A stretch of DNA of 64,000 nt from Enoplolaimus lenunculus (lineage: Eukaryota): assembly GCA_030248215.1 (NCBI GenBank), contig JASANG010001649.1, positions 434,001 through 498,000 of the forward strand. The letters are read 5' to 3'. The translations under genes were made by a program, and so were the position numbers. The notes under the pieces were generated by a model. The model was given only the letters and a program-made list of their open reading frames with translations, was not told the DNA's origin and did no database searches. How positions within the stretch are numbered: the first letter of the stretch is position 1; each line of letters starts with the position of its first letter. Shown piece after piece: positions 52,622-64,000 of the stretch.

Positions 52622-52779
52622 ATCAGAACTGCACAGCCGAAACGACCCCTTTCTCCGAAGTACTGCGAGTATATATAATTTTTCCCCTAAATTTCTCTGA
52701 AACATATGGCTGCGCCGGGAATCGAACCTCGGACCTCTCGCTCGCGAGTCAAGCGCGCTACCCATTACACCACATGGCC
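52622..52779 (-). mobile_element. tRNA-derived SINE (head 52707-52779 resembles tRNA-Ala(CGC)) or tRNA pseudogene with conserved tail
   Basis: The minus strand reads GGCCATG-TGGTGTAATGG (A box)...CTTGA-CTCGCGA-GCGAG...GGTTCGATTCC (B box)-CGGCGCAGCCA. The acceptor stem has 2 mismatches. The ~85-nt body is shared with a second copy at 52911-53015. Confidence 0.75.
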
Positions 52780-52910
52780 GATATAATAATTTTCTCTGGT
52801 GCTATATGTGCACGAGTATGTCTTAACATTGCACACTTTGCACATACACCAGCTGCTCCGCGTATAGTCACATTCCACCTTCTTTAGCCCGTCTCGGTTT
52901 GACCTCCATG

Positions 52911-53015
52911 TCAGAACTGCACGGTCGGGACGACCCCTTTCCTCGAAGAACTGCGAATATACTTGTTTTTCTCTAAATTCTCCGAAACATATGGCCACGT
53001 CGGGAATCGAACCTC
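52911..53015 (-). mobile_element. Second, 5'-truncated copy of the tRNA-derived SINE
   Basis: Retains the B box GGTTCGATTCC, the 3' acceptor strand CGTGGCCA and the same body sequence. Confidence 0.7.
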
Positions 53016-53111
53016 CGTGTATACTCACATATACATGCGTATAGTATTGAGCAATGGTGCAACCGGATATCTGGATCCCGCAAAAAATCGACATCCGGAT
53101 CCGGTATTTTA

Positions 53112-53450
53112 ACTTGCCGTATATTCATGCCCAGGAACCCATTGCATTGTTATGTGCGGGCCATTTTCTTTGGCGATTTCCCCCAACGCTGACCAGATTG
53201 CGACACATGAGGCTGTTGATTGCCTGGTGCGCCCACCACTGCTCAACGCCGAAATTGCCACCTTTGAGTTGGAGCAGATTCGCACTTCCTTATACTGCAT
53301 CGCATTTTCGTAGATCCATCTCAGAGCCATTTGTAGCGCAATAAGTTCCGCACGGTAACTCGAGCAGACTCCGTATGCTACTCCGTTTCAGCACGATCCG
53401 TCGGTCCAGATGCATAGGGCCGCGAGAGGTAGCTGTCGTCTATTCAACGC
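53112..53450 (-). pseudogene. RNase H domain relic of a non-LTR retrotransposon
   Basis: The minus frame reads CIWTDGSC*NGVAYGVCSSYRAELIALQMALRWI...VRICSNSKVAISAL...ITMQWVPGH. This matches the RNase H motifs TDGS, AEL, SDS (here SNS) and WVPGH. There is an in-frame TGA at 53388-53390. Confidence 0.85.
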
Positions 53451-53570
53451 ACTTGATTATATATAAGTAATATATAATTTTAAAATTTGTTATAGGAAAG
53501 TGGTGATTGTGGAGTGATTATCATAATGTCATACGGCTAGTCAGATTTTTAGTAAATTGATTTTTGTATA

Positions 53571-56500
53571 ATGAACAATTTTGAAGTTTGTGTCAATGAC
53601 GATGAAAATGCAGGACTCGAATTGTTGCAATGTGTTTCAAGTAGTGAAATTAATAAGAAAGATGGCCCCTTAGAAGATAAACTGGTAACAAAATCAAAAT
53701 CTGCGGTTGTTGTTGATTTGGAACCGCATCAAATCCGGTGGTTTTACAAAGATTCTAGCGATTCAAAAGATTGGACGCCTTTCTGTGGTATGCAAGTAGT
53801 TATCAAATTTGTGTTAATGAAACTTTGGTTAAGAAAATACCTGAAAAACGCTAAAGTAAACTATGACTAATATGGTATCCAAAATACTGCGTCAGGGGGT
53901 GTAGGGGCGTAGGGGCATACACTGCTCAGAAGTGCGCATTGCGAAGTGCCCACAGATTAAGAAGGCTAAAAATCATTTTCGTGTGAAAATGATGTCTTTC
54001 AAGAATAATTCGCTTGTTATTGATGATATGCGGCTAAAAACGGCACATATACAATCTTCTCGTCCAGTCGGCTCGAACGACACTAGTTTTTTTAAAATTG
54101 TAAGAGAATATTTTTTCACCGGAGCAGGGTGCAACCGGAATTCCGGTTCCGGCAGTTATTCACGTTTCGGTTCCAGTTCCGGCAATTTTTGACCTTCCGG
54201 TGTTCCGGTTGCGGTAAATTTTTATTGGAATTAAAAATTCCGCTATTAAATTTTGGTTGGTGGAAATTAAGATATTTACTCAAAAATGACAATAAAAATT
54301 AAGTGGATTTCATTCGTATAGTATATAAATTTTGATTATCGCCGAAAATAAACCATCGTAGGTAGATTGCGCTTCCGTGGATTATGAAAATTTAAAATAC
54401 ATCAGATAAAGTGTATACCTATATTCAGCAAACGGTTGTTTCACTAATAATATTGCAAAAAAGGAAATTAGAATGAATTTTTCGGTGGCTTCTTGGTTAA
54501 CACTAAGAATAATCACTCTTCATATGCTGTCTAGTCAGTGTTTATTTTGCAAAGGGATGTTTATAAACATAAGTATAAACTTTTTGAAGGAAACGATTCT
54601 TTACGAATTGAAATCAAATGGCGTTCTTTTAACCATGTTCCTCTGCTTGAGCCATGGTTTTCGATAGCAAATGATGTATGCAAGCGGGAAGTTGTTGTCT
54701 TGGATGGTCTCTATTCTTTATGTGTTCAAGATGACAGTATTAAGCCAATATTTTGGCAGGGCAAGTCATTTATTTTGTTGCTGATTGCTGTATGGAATAG
54801 CTTTTAGGTGTAGGTTTTCTTTAGGAAAGAATTCATCAATACCTATTCTACAGGGCTCTCTGATTTATAGGGATTTCTACTCAAACAGCTATTTTGATCT
54901 ACCTCGCTTTTATCACATTGTTTGGTGTGTAGCGGAGGTTCAGGGAACTCCCAAAAATTTATTCTACAATGCTCTCGGATTTAGTGGAATATTGACTCTC
55001 AAGCAGCTATATTTTTTCTATCTCGTTATTATCACATACTTATTGTTTTGATGTGTAGCGTAGGTTCATCGAACTACCAAAAATTTAAACACTGACGATT
55101 TTAGGTGAAAGCTTTAGTATACTGCGCGGGTCGTGGTTCATACCACAAGAAGGTTGGCAGCCTATTGAGCCAGAGAAGGCATCTCAAATTGATGAACAAC
55201 ATCTGAAAGCGTTTGCGGGTCAACGCATTCCAGATGCTTCCTCTGTGTTTTTCGAAAAAGGCACGAAACCAGGTAAGTTCGAGGTGCTTGCTGTATTTTG
55301 ATTTTGGTTTTTAAATATAGACTAGGATTTTGTTGAGTATGTTTATCATATGAAGCATTGTGCGACCGTTGGCCAGGTTTTTATTGCATTGGACAGGTTG
55401 TTTCTGTCTACTAGATACCTTTGTTAGAAACACATTGAGTTTCAAAAGTTTCAAAATTAAACGGACTATGTACGGCTACAGATTTTTGGCTAAGCTCAAT
55501 GCTATGCCCATGCAAAGTTTAGTATATACATACCAATACGTACATGGACAGATTGTTAGATTGCGCATCAACGTTGTGAATTCTGGAACATCCGGTGAAA
55601 TTATTGGAACAAGAATTAGGTTTGCACCGTGGTCCAAGCCTAGGTTGTGTCTGATTACAATACAGAATGGTTTGATTTTTTCAGTGCTAGCCGAACTCAA
55701 ATTTGACACGTATCGAGTGATTTGGAATTCCGTTATTGATGTTTGTATTAAGCGACATTCCAGATTTTCATTTTCCAAGTGTAAGATATTTTAATTCGAA
55801 GTTGTGCAATGTGTTTGATTTTAAAATATTTTTGGTTGCTGTCGCGCAAGAATTGAACTTTTAATAGTTTTCGCATAAAACGGACTTTAAACACGACGCG
55901 ATGTTGCATACTGCAGACAAACGCAATATACATACTATAGTTTTGTTGTAAAATACGCTATTGTTACTTTTAATACGTAGATTACTCTTAAACAATGTAT
56001 ATATAACAATGTCTTCTGTTTGAGCATCAGTCAAAATTCAACGTGGATATCGCACAGATGCGGAGTTTAGCGATAAACCAAAAGATGTCGATCAATTAAT
56101 TTTTGTTGTGCATGGAATTGGTCACAAGAATGCAGAAAACTATAATGTGGAGAATACATGCAAGTATGTCATTTTGTTTATCGAGGTAATCGGTTTGTTT
56201 TTCATTCACGGTAATATGTGCCAAATTGCATCTCTAGTTATATTTAGAAAATTTCTTTATTGCAAGTTGGTTACGAGAATATGTATATATTATTTATTTA
56301 TTTATTATTATTATTACTATTATTATTATTATTATTATTATAATTATTATTATTAGAGTCGTGAAACGCATGCACTGCAGAAGTTTGAGTTTTAATGTTT
56401 TATTTGTGAGCTAACATAGACTAAGATTAACTTGTACACAGTCTTTCTTCTGTATGTTGACAACTGTGGTAAAAGTATTAACCCAATTTCTACAGTGCCT

Positions 56501-59500
56501 TCGTAATGTACCGGGGATGTTCACTATATTTTTCATTTTAAAACGAACAAACGCTAAATTGTTTTTATATTTTAGAATGCAAACAATTGCCGGATCAATT
56601 GTAAACAAAGAATTGCCAAATATCAAAGGTCGGCCTTTATTTTTGCCTGTTCAGTGGCGATCTCGCTTACAGCTGGATGGCGGTAAGCTGGGTTTGTTTT
56701 ATCCGTGAAAATGAATGCCATAGAAACGACCATTTATAATTTTGGCAAGAGCGTTCGCACACTGAGTGTTAACTAAGCGCAGTCTGGGCTGTCTCTATAT
56801 TTGTTTACGTTCGCCTTTTGGTGAATATCACGTGTTTCTTGACGGAACTACGATTACATCTTCGCATATATTTTTGCACAGTTTTTTACATACCGCAAAA
56901 TATGAAATAAATGTTATGATACGGGTTTTTGCCGGAACAGTACTGAGCATTATTTCCAGAGCTTGCTGCAAATATTAATCGTGAAATTGAAACAGTAAAG
57001 CAGCTGGTGGTTTTCCGACTTTGAACTAAGTGTTTGTGTTATGACTTCATCGTACTGTTCACAAATTATTGGTATTCTTTTTTAGATGTTGTCGAAAGTC
57101 TTACACCGCTCGAAATTAGTTCACTACGTGATTTGCTCAATAGTACTGCGATGGACATAATGTATTATTCCAGCCCGATGTACAGAACAGAAGTAAATTT
57201 TTGGCTAGATATTAGGCTACGGTTAGTTAAAGATAACCGATCCCAGTCTTTGCGCATACTTTGATATCTGTCTCCAGCAGTTGCAGGGCTGAAGCCAGAT
57301 ATTTTAGTACATATTTCAACAAAAAGTTAAACTTTATTACGCTAACTGAGAACTACTAGCTGAATATGATATAATTTTGTTTCTACAAAAGTTTTAGTAT
57401 TAACTGAGCCATCTTTAAGTGCTTATCGTTGAAATTTTGAGCAAATTCACATCGAAATATTTTGAATATTTCTCATAAGTGTATAGTTGTTCAAACGCGG
57501 AAAACAGAGATTAAAATTTCAGATAACAAACGGGTTAACTCTGGAAATGAATCGATTGTTCAACTTGTTTCTTGACTACAATCCCCGATTCTTGGTTTGC
57601 GGTGGTCGCACGTCAATAGTTGCGCATTCGCTCGGCTCAGTCATTGTATACGATATTGTTACCAGATGGTCACCAGATAAGCTGTATGATCGATATCTGG
57701 ATCATGAACTGGTATGCTTGACCGAAATTTGAATCATAGATTTCAATTTATGAATGGAATCGAAGTTTTCTTGTGATGTGGATTTACCGACTGAGAGGCG
57801 TGCAATCCTTATGTTTATAGTTTGTAGTATGCGTTTACGATATGAAATGGGGCAATTTTTCAAGGACGCGATACAATTTGATGTAATTATTTGAAGCTTA
57901 GTTGTGAATTATCTTCTTGAAGACGTTTGCTAGCAGGTATTTTACATTTTGTTTATAGACAGAAGCCGGTGCTCAGAGTTCCGATATGGAACTTCGAGAG
58001 TTGTTGGTCAGTTTGAAAGAAGCGAAGCAACGGTAACTTTTTATACGACTATCTCTCATTGGTTTCAGGAAAATTCTTGGCAATTTGATTGCGACTGACG
58101 TCGGCTGTGGACTGTTACTGGGGCTTATCGAAAGAGCAGTAAGATAGCTACGACATGACTTGTCAATGTTTTGAGTGAAATATAATTAAAAGTAAACATT
58201 TCGGTAACATGAACTATTCACTTGTAATTCCAACATTTTTTCACCTTCCAGCCCAGTATCGTTTCAGGAATTTTAAAAATAATGTTGCATCATGACGCAT
58301 TTGTTATTTTGTTGTAGAGTAATGGATAAAGAAGGCAGTCTAACAAAGGTGTTTGAAACCATTCAAATGTCTCTTTCTTTCCAGGTTAGGTTTTGTTGTT
58401 GTTGTTGTTGTTGTAGTAGCCACAATGAGATTCCATCAAATTTCATACCAAGAAATCGAGCGGCTTTCATTGGGTTCGTCCAAAATGATTTGACTGTTAG
58501 CGGTGAGGGCTTCGCGTTGTACTTAAACATATGTCCAAAGGTGTGTTCTACCGATGAACAGTCCGGACATCTGTCATCGTTCGATTGGTTGACCCGCAGC
58601 TTCCAGTTGTGCAACTTGTTGCACCAACCAGACCGTTGAGCTAGGGTACACCTAGTTGACCTCGGCAGCCCACTTTCGTCGCCGCTGATTGTTGGTGGAT
58701 AGCCACCCAAGACCACACACAATAGTGGGTTTGTAGGTGCTCGCATGATTGACGGCTTCAGTGTGTAATGTTTTGAGACCCGCTGTACTTGTTGAAATTT
58801 TGTAGTAAACTCAATGTTATTACAGGTTGAAAATCTATTTTGCCTTGGATCTCCTCTTGGTGTCTTTTTAGCGTTACGAGGAACAAGTGGTAAACAGCTT
58901 GTTTGTGATAACAAACGGTTCTCACGCCTTTTTAACGTCTATCACCCATGTGACCCAGTGGTAAGTGGCTTGTTTGTAATATTACAGAAAACGAAGCGGG
59001 AATATTCACTTTGCTTAGACTTATTTCCCGTTAATATTAATAATAACTGAGAGTTTTGTTTTATTTTAATGCAACATATGGTTATGACAACTTTTGACCC
59101 GGAAGATCCAATACATAATGCCTAGTGGTTATGCTCTTGATTCACCGGAAGCAGTTCATACTTGAGTTAAAATATGCCATTTTTTGCTTTTTACACTAGA
59201 TATTTCCATTTCACTCATTTGTAGTATTTTTTCTATAAAAATGAGTTTGCTCATTTAGGCATATCGACTTGAACCCTTGTTCGAAAAAGCGTATGAATCA
59301 ATATGCCCGGTGACAATTAGTCGTTGGGACACGAGCACAAAAGTTCCATATGCCAGCGTGAAATTGGAAGTGTACGAAAAAGCGCTAAAGAAAACGGTAA
59401 TATTGGTTTGCCTGAAGTATTACGAAACAGATCCTTATGATTACATTATGTTACAATATGTAGCGCGTAAAACACAGACAAGGCCTTTCAACGTTGTAAT

Positions 59501-60641
59501 TTGTGCAATAACTGGACGGTTTTGGATAACGATCTAAAGAAGATTTCTAAAAGCAAGGTTTGTCCGACGTAGTTTTATTTTGCATCATATTTTTAGAGAA
59601 AAACGCGTACGGATGGTACAATCGTTAATGAAGATGACAGCCGTTCGCGCGATAGCTCTTGTACTAGTTCTCCTTGCGATGATTCTAAAGATTCAACTGG
59701 TAAAAAGAAACTTTCGTTTTTAGAAGGCCTATGTGTGCTTTGGAAATGTCCATTACTGAAGATCGCAATTTATGTATCTTCCAGAACCACAGTGTGATAG
59801 CTGGAAATGCTCTAATGCTAGAAAACAGCTTGAAAAGGACCGGATTGAGTCATATTAATAAAAAAGGTAAAATTTCGAAACCAATTGGGTACCGGTTTGA
59901 AAATTACCATGGTAATAGGTGAAACACATACTTGAGGATACTGTTTTAGATAGCAATAGTCTGAAGTCGTCCAGTAATAGTGCAAGTTTTTGGGCACGTT
60001 TGACAGGATCGAATCCAACAAAAGCTGCAGAACTTGCAATTTGCGGAGACACATCATCAGCGACGCCTAAAACTTCACAGCCAGGAATGTCGACACTGGA
60101 TGAAATACTTCCTGGTGAAAAACGTAAACTTTAGGTTTTTTGTTGATTTTGACATTGGTTGGAGATGGGAAGGTTGCTTTGGTCAGCTTAGGCTATCCTT
60201 GCTATCTAAGCAATTTGTAGCTAGCTATATATGTATATTTAAAATTTAACGTGTGTTAAACCTTAGTGGGGTCATGTGTACACGATGCGTACTTGTTGTA
60301 CAGTGTACTTACACGCTTCTTTATTTTTATTGTTTGAAGCATATCAATATTGTACTGGATTCACTTGTCCTTTTGATATTTTGGTGTGCTGAGGAAAGGA
60401 ATAACGTTGAGCTAATAACATACCTATAAACTACAAAAATATTTTGCATATTTCAATTGTTATTTTAGGTCTGTCTTCTCGGATTGATTATGTGCTCCGC
60501 ATGGGTTCGTTTGAAAGCACCTACATTGCAGCAATTGTATCACACGTGTCATATTGGAATAATAACGATGTAATTATGTTTATTTTGCAACATTTATATC
60601 AACTGGACTGTGAAGTTGAGCAGGCACGTGAGGCGTGTTGA
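53571..60641 (+). CDS. DDHD1: DDHD1/PA-PLA1-family intracellular phospholipase A1 (ipla-1-like), 15 coding exons
   Basis: Exons were assembled by hand with consistent phases: 53571-53787, 54590-54760 (GC donor), 55105-55272, 55685-55780, 56031-56163 (alternative acceptor 56025), 56576-56682, 57086-57192, 57523-57711, 57959-58032, 58318-58384, 58826-58960, 59259-59396, 59597-59699, 59950-60114 (or 60123), 60469-60641 (TGA). The protein carries DDHD1-like blocks: RWFY..WTPFCGNDSLRIE, RGSWF..WQP, FVVHGIG, FLPVQWRSRLQLDG, LRDLLNSTAMDIMYYSSPMYR, lipase motif SIVAHSLGSVI, FCLGSPLGVFLALRG, FNVYHPCDPVAYRLEP, RIDYVL, SHVSYW. The boundaries of exons 5, 13 and 14 are less certain. Confidence 0.93.
56288..56355. 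repeat. (TTA)n microsatellite in DDHD1 intron 5
   Basis: Read directly from the sequence. Confidence 0.9.
58393..58790 (-). mobile_element. 3' end of a non-LTR retrotransposon (C-terminal Cys/His knuckle plus (CAA)n tail) in DDHD1 intron 10
   Basis: The minus ORF reads LPRSTRCTLAQRSGWCNKL...CPDCSSVEHTFGHMFKY...FWTNPMKAARFL, typical of I-group LINE ORF2 C-termini (the last Cys is mutated). It ends in CTACTA(CAA)7. Confidence 0.8.
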
Positions 60642-60888
60642 ACGCAAGTACACTGTACAGCTACGGACAAAAGTAAATGCAGTGTTGACAGCATTTCAAA
60701 CCGCTACTCTACTTTGGATCGATCGTATTTGAAAAGCAATCGATCGCATAGGCGATTTGAAGTTTTTGCGATTATTTGGAGAGCCATCGCTATTGCTGCG
60801 CATTTAATTCTGTCTGGCATGGTGTGCTTCTTATAACAATTTTTTTCGGTTCTGCATCTACATGGATTTCACATAAAAGACAATTATG

Positions 60889-60894
60889 AATAAA
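60889..60894 (+). promoter_or_regulatory. Probable polyadenylation signal of the DDHD1-like gene
   Basis: AATAAA about 250 nt after the stop codon, followed by T-rich sequence. Confidence 0.5.
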
Positions 60895-62271
60895 ATATCA
60901 ATCTTATTTTAGTTTTTCATTTTAATTAAAATATTCCAATCCAATGTTCTGCTTTTGGTTCAAAGTAGTTTTCGGTTTTGTTTTTTTGTTGAATTTTTAT
61001 GCTGTATGTTATATCTTGTTTTTGTTTGGTTTTTTTCTAATCGCGATGCAAAATAGGCAAGTGTACTGCTTTTAATCGTTATATGAATATTTATTATGCT
61101 GAACATTTTCGCTTGTATTTTATTTTCAAACTGAATTCCATTTTCCACCACTGTGTCACTCCTTATTGTTGAGTCTGCATAACAAGTTTTACAGTCCAAG
61201 TTGCATAGTACTGACACGAGGTCAGCACAAGCATACCTACGACCGTACTTTTCACGTGCTCAAACTTACCAATCCGGCGTTAAAACAAAAGCGGTCGTTC
61301 TGAACAATAGCCCCTCCTAACCAATTCTCGGTAAAAACAATTGTACACAAAAATTTGGATACTAGTTTTGCCTGGAACAGTTGATTTTCTGGGGGGCGGA
61401 CAATTTTGTTGAGCTGATTAATTTTTCGACTCACGTTACTTTGAGTGCCGTCTCATTTTTGATAGGCTTGTAAAAGAGTTAGTTTACTTTATTTTGCGCA
61501 TAACTCCTTTTCGAGCGTTGTTATCCGGAAAAAATTTTTTTTATTAAATATTAATACAATATTAATGTCTGATATCTTTATGAGCGCACCCATTAGTTGA
61601 AACGTCTTCGTTCTCGAATTTTAGATGTTTGTCAAAATTTATTTTTATTCAAGTTTGTGTCGTGCTCGAGATAAAGTTTTGACGGTGAACAGTGTTAAAA
61701 CGACAAGCCCAAAAGACCAGGGTGTAAACGGGTATTGATTTCCGGTAACAATCGGTACCCCTTTTCGTTACTGAAATAACGATCTCGCAATTATTCGTTG
61801 CGGATATGCTGCAATTGTTTGAAACGAAATAAAAATTACGAAATTCATCCAAAATCTTAAAATTCGATGCATCCGCCAGTTTTTTTATTAATTTTGAAAA
61901 ACTAGCGAATATATGCAGGAATCAATTGTGTTGGCAGAAGAATGAAACATTTTGGAAACTTTTAGACTTTAATATCCGTTTTCCGTGTTCAAATACAGAG
62001 TTGTCTTTAAAAAATCCACGTAGTAAGGTCCTCAAAAGCCCGTTCTTGACGTAATACTGTTATCCAGGGTTGTTTTTCCCCGGAAAAAATTATGACCGGA
62101 AAAAACGATTTTTTTCACTTTCCAGAAAAACTGGAAAAATTCATTCTTCGTCTGAGTGATCGGTTTTCCCACCGTTAGTCGCATTTACCCAAAAATGTTA
62201 AGTAGGATTTTGAAACCTTTGCTCTGATCATTCCATGCCGAAGTCTGAATTTTTGAAAAATTCATTTTTAA

Positions 62272-62520
62272 CCTTTTCTCACATGAATATTTGTAACTTC
62301 ATATGAGATGTAATTTCAAGGTGAGATTCGAACCCCACTCTCACGGGTGGGAGGCGTTTACGAGGACCACTGAGCTATAGGAGCTTGACGCTCGAGCCCG
62401 AGGGGGCTCTCACGTCTTGTGGAGATTTAACACTGCGCATATAAACACTGCTCACAGTGTGTGTTTTGCTCGTACAGTATTGCATTTAGTTGCTCATAGT
62501 ATACTCTATGAGCGAAAGGG
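62272..62520. mobile_element. piggyBac-like MITE with internal Pol III A/B boxes, copy 1
   Basis: Ends are TTAA|CCTTTTCTCACAT ... ATGAGCGAAAGGG|TTAT. The minus strand carries TAGCTCAGTGG (62367-62377) and GGTTCGAATCTC (62323-62334). Confidence 0.65.
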
Positions 62521-62552
62521 TTATAGATACTCAGTAAGAATTTTTTTATTAA

Positions 62553-63022
62553 CCCTTTCTCACATGAATATATATTTGCATTTCACATGAATTTCAAGGT
62601 GATATTCGAACCCGTCTCACGGGTGGGAGGCGTTTACGATGACCACTGAGCTATAGGAGCTTGACGCTCGAGTCCGAGGGGATTCTCACGTGTTGTGGAG
62701 ATTTTACACTGCGCATATACACTGCAAAAAATGGTGAGTCAAATTGACTCCCTCCGAAATAGGCTCTACGGGACTACACAAATTGAGTCAAAATTCGACT
62801 CCGGCAGAGTCAAATCCGATTCACTGGGTCGCATATTTGACTCTGGCGGAGTCGAATTTGACTCAGTTTGTGTAGTCCCGTAGAGCCTATTTCGGAGGGA
62901 GTCAATTTGACTCCCCATTTTTTGCAGTGTATGTTATAAATGTTAAACACTGCTCCCAGTGTGTGTATTGCTCGTACATTATGGTATTTAGTTGCTCATA
63001 GTATACTCTATGAGCGAAAGGG
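62553..63022. mobile_element. piggyBac-like MITE, copy 2 (interrupted by a 210-bp MITE)
   Basis: Ends are TTAA|CCCTTTCTCACAT ... ATGAGCGAAAGGG|TTAA. Colinear with 62272-62520. Confidence 0.75.
62720..62929. mobile_element. TA-flanked palindromic MITE, copy 2, nested in a piggyBac-like element
   Basis: Same TIRs and TA TSD. The empty site is visible in the neighbouring element copy (GCGCATATAAACAC at about 62436-62449). Confidence 0.93.
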
Positions 63023-64000
63023 TTAAAAACTGCCGGAACCTCCAGCAAAAATCCTACCGGAGCCGCAGCCGGAAATGAACCAAAGCCTCAGACGTAAATT
63101 GCAAGTGCCCGATATATGTCAGAATATCGTGGAGTCTGTCTCAAGTTCCAGAATCTCGAGCAAAAAGGTTGCATTACAATTTCCCCGTGTTGTAGAAAAA
63201 AATCAGACCCCACAAAATTGTAGTTTCAGGAAAAAGCAAAGCTCGACTAATAAGAGAAACCAGACGCCGCAATTGTTAAAATTAATCTAACAGCCTAATA
63301 TTCTACTGCCGCCTTTTACGTAATCCCCAATGTTCCGATTCTGCTGCATTATAGCAACCCGGAGTGTTGATGGTTCATTCTGGGTCGGAGCGTCGCGAAG
63401 CGAGATATTTAGAAATTATGCAAATCGTTGTTGAACCTTAGCTACAGATGCAAAGGCCTTTTGGATGTTACATTGTACGAAAACTGCGGACCGGTCGGAA
63501 AGGAATATTGTTTAGTATCTTCTTCGATTTACTGTAATTTTGATATTCGTTTCTTTCGCCTGAGTTATGTTATCTGTGTTATAGTATAGTAACTTGAGAA
63601 TTGGGTATAGTATTGTATCTGGAATCATATTCTATTCATACACGTAGCTTAAGCTTTGATTAGGCAAAAGATTTAAATTAGTGTATTTATATTTTCACAA
63701 ATCTAACCAGTAAGTTGTGTTATACTTGAATGCTAGTAGGCAGGGTATAACCGGAACCCCATTTCCACTTCCAATGTAATTGATGTCCGTTTCTGTTATA
63801 GACATACCGGAAATTCCGTTATTTTTATGCTCATAGTTAGCCGTGAGCCACATTTTGTGCTCATAGATAGCCGTAAACCACTTATAAATCATTCAAGTTT
63901 TCAATACAGATGTGCCGCAATTGTTTGATTTAAAATAATGACACAATTCATCTACAATATTAAAAAAATTATTTCATCCATTATGTCTTCCTATAAATTA

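Noticed and set aside
52707..52779. Functional tRNA-Ala(CGC) gene
   Set aside because: It has two acceptor-stem mismatches and an anticodon-stem mismatch, and its conserved downstream body is shared with a second copy. This favours a SINE or pseudogene.
55360..55684. 144-aa ORF 55360-55794 as an independent gene
   Set aside because: Only its last ~32 codons match DDHD1 (exon 4). The rest is open intron sequence.

Overview
AT-rich, repeat-dense, intron-containing eukaryotic DNA. It is probably a nematode, inferred from TTAGGC telomere-type repeats and short AT-rich introns with TTTTAG/TTTCAG acceptors. One confidently identifiable gene is present: a 15-exon DDHD1/PA-PLA1-type intracellular phospholipase A1 (+, 53571-60641) with a GC-AG intron and a non-LTR retroelement 3' end in intron 10. 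A 1.3-kb Asn/Gln-rich ORF (-, 38367-37076) ends at a consensus splice donor, and I could not find its downstream exons. The rest is mostly non-autonomous DNA transposons (Tc1/mariner/pogo-, hAT-, PIF/Harbinger- and piggyBac-like MITEs), a tRNA-derived SINE, RNase H and Gypsy protease relics, and several mini/microsatellites. The most unusual structures are a hAT-like MITE family carrying TTAGGC repeats, a piggyBac-like MITE carrying a tRNA-type Pol III promoter, a regularly spaced four-hairpin array inside a Gypsy relic, a poly-C/palindrome/poly-C cassette, and a minisatellite whose unit resembles an E2F+CHR motif. I found no prokaryotic operon, CRISPR-cas system or rRNA. All calls were made by eye without database searches.
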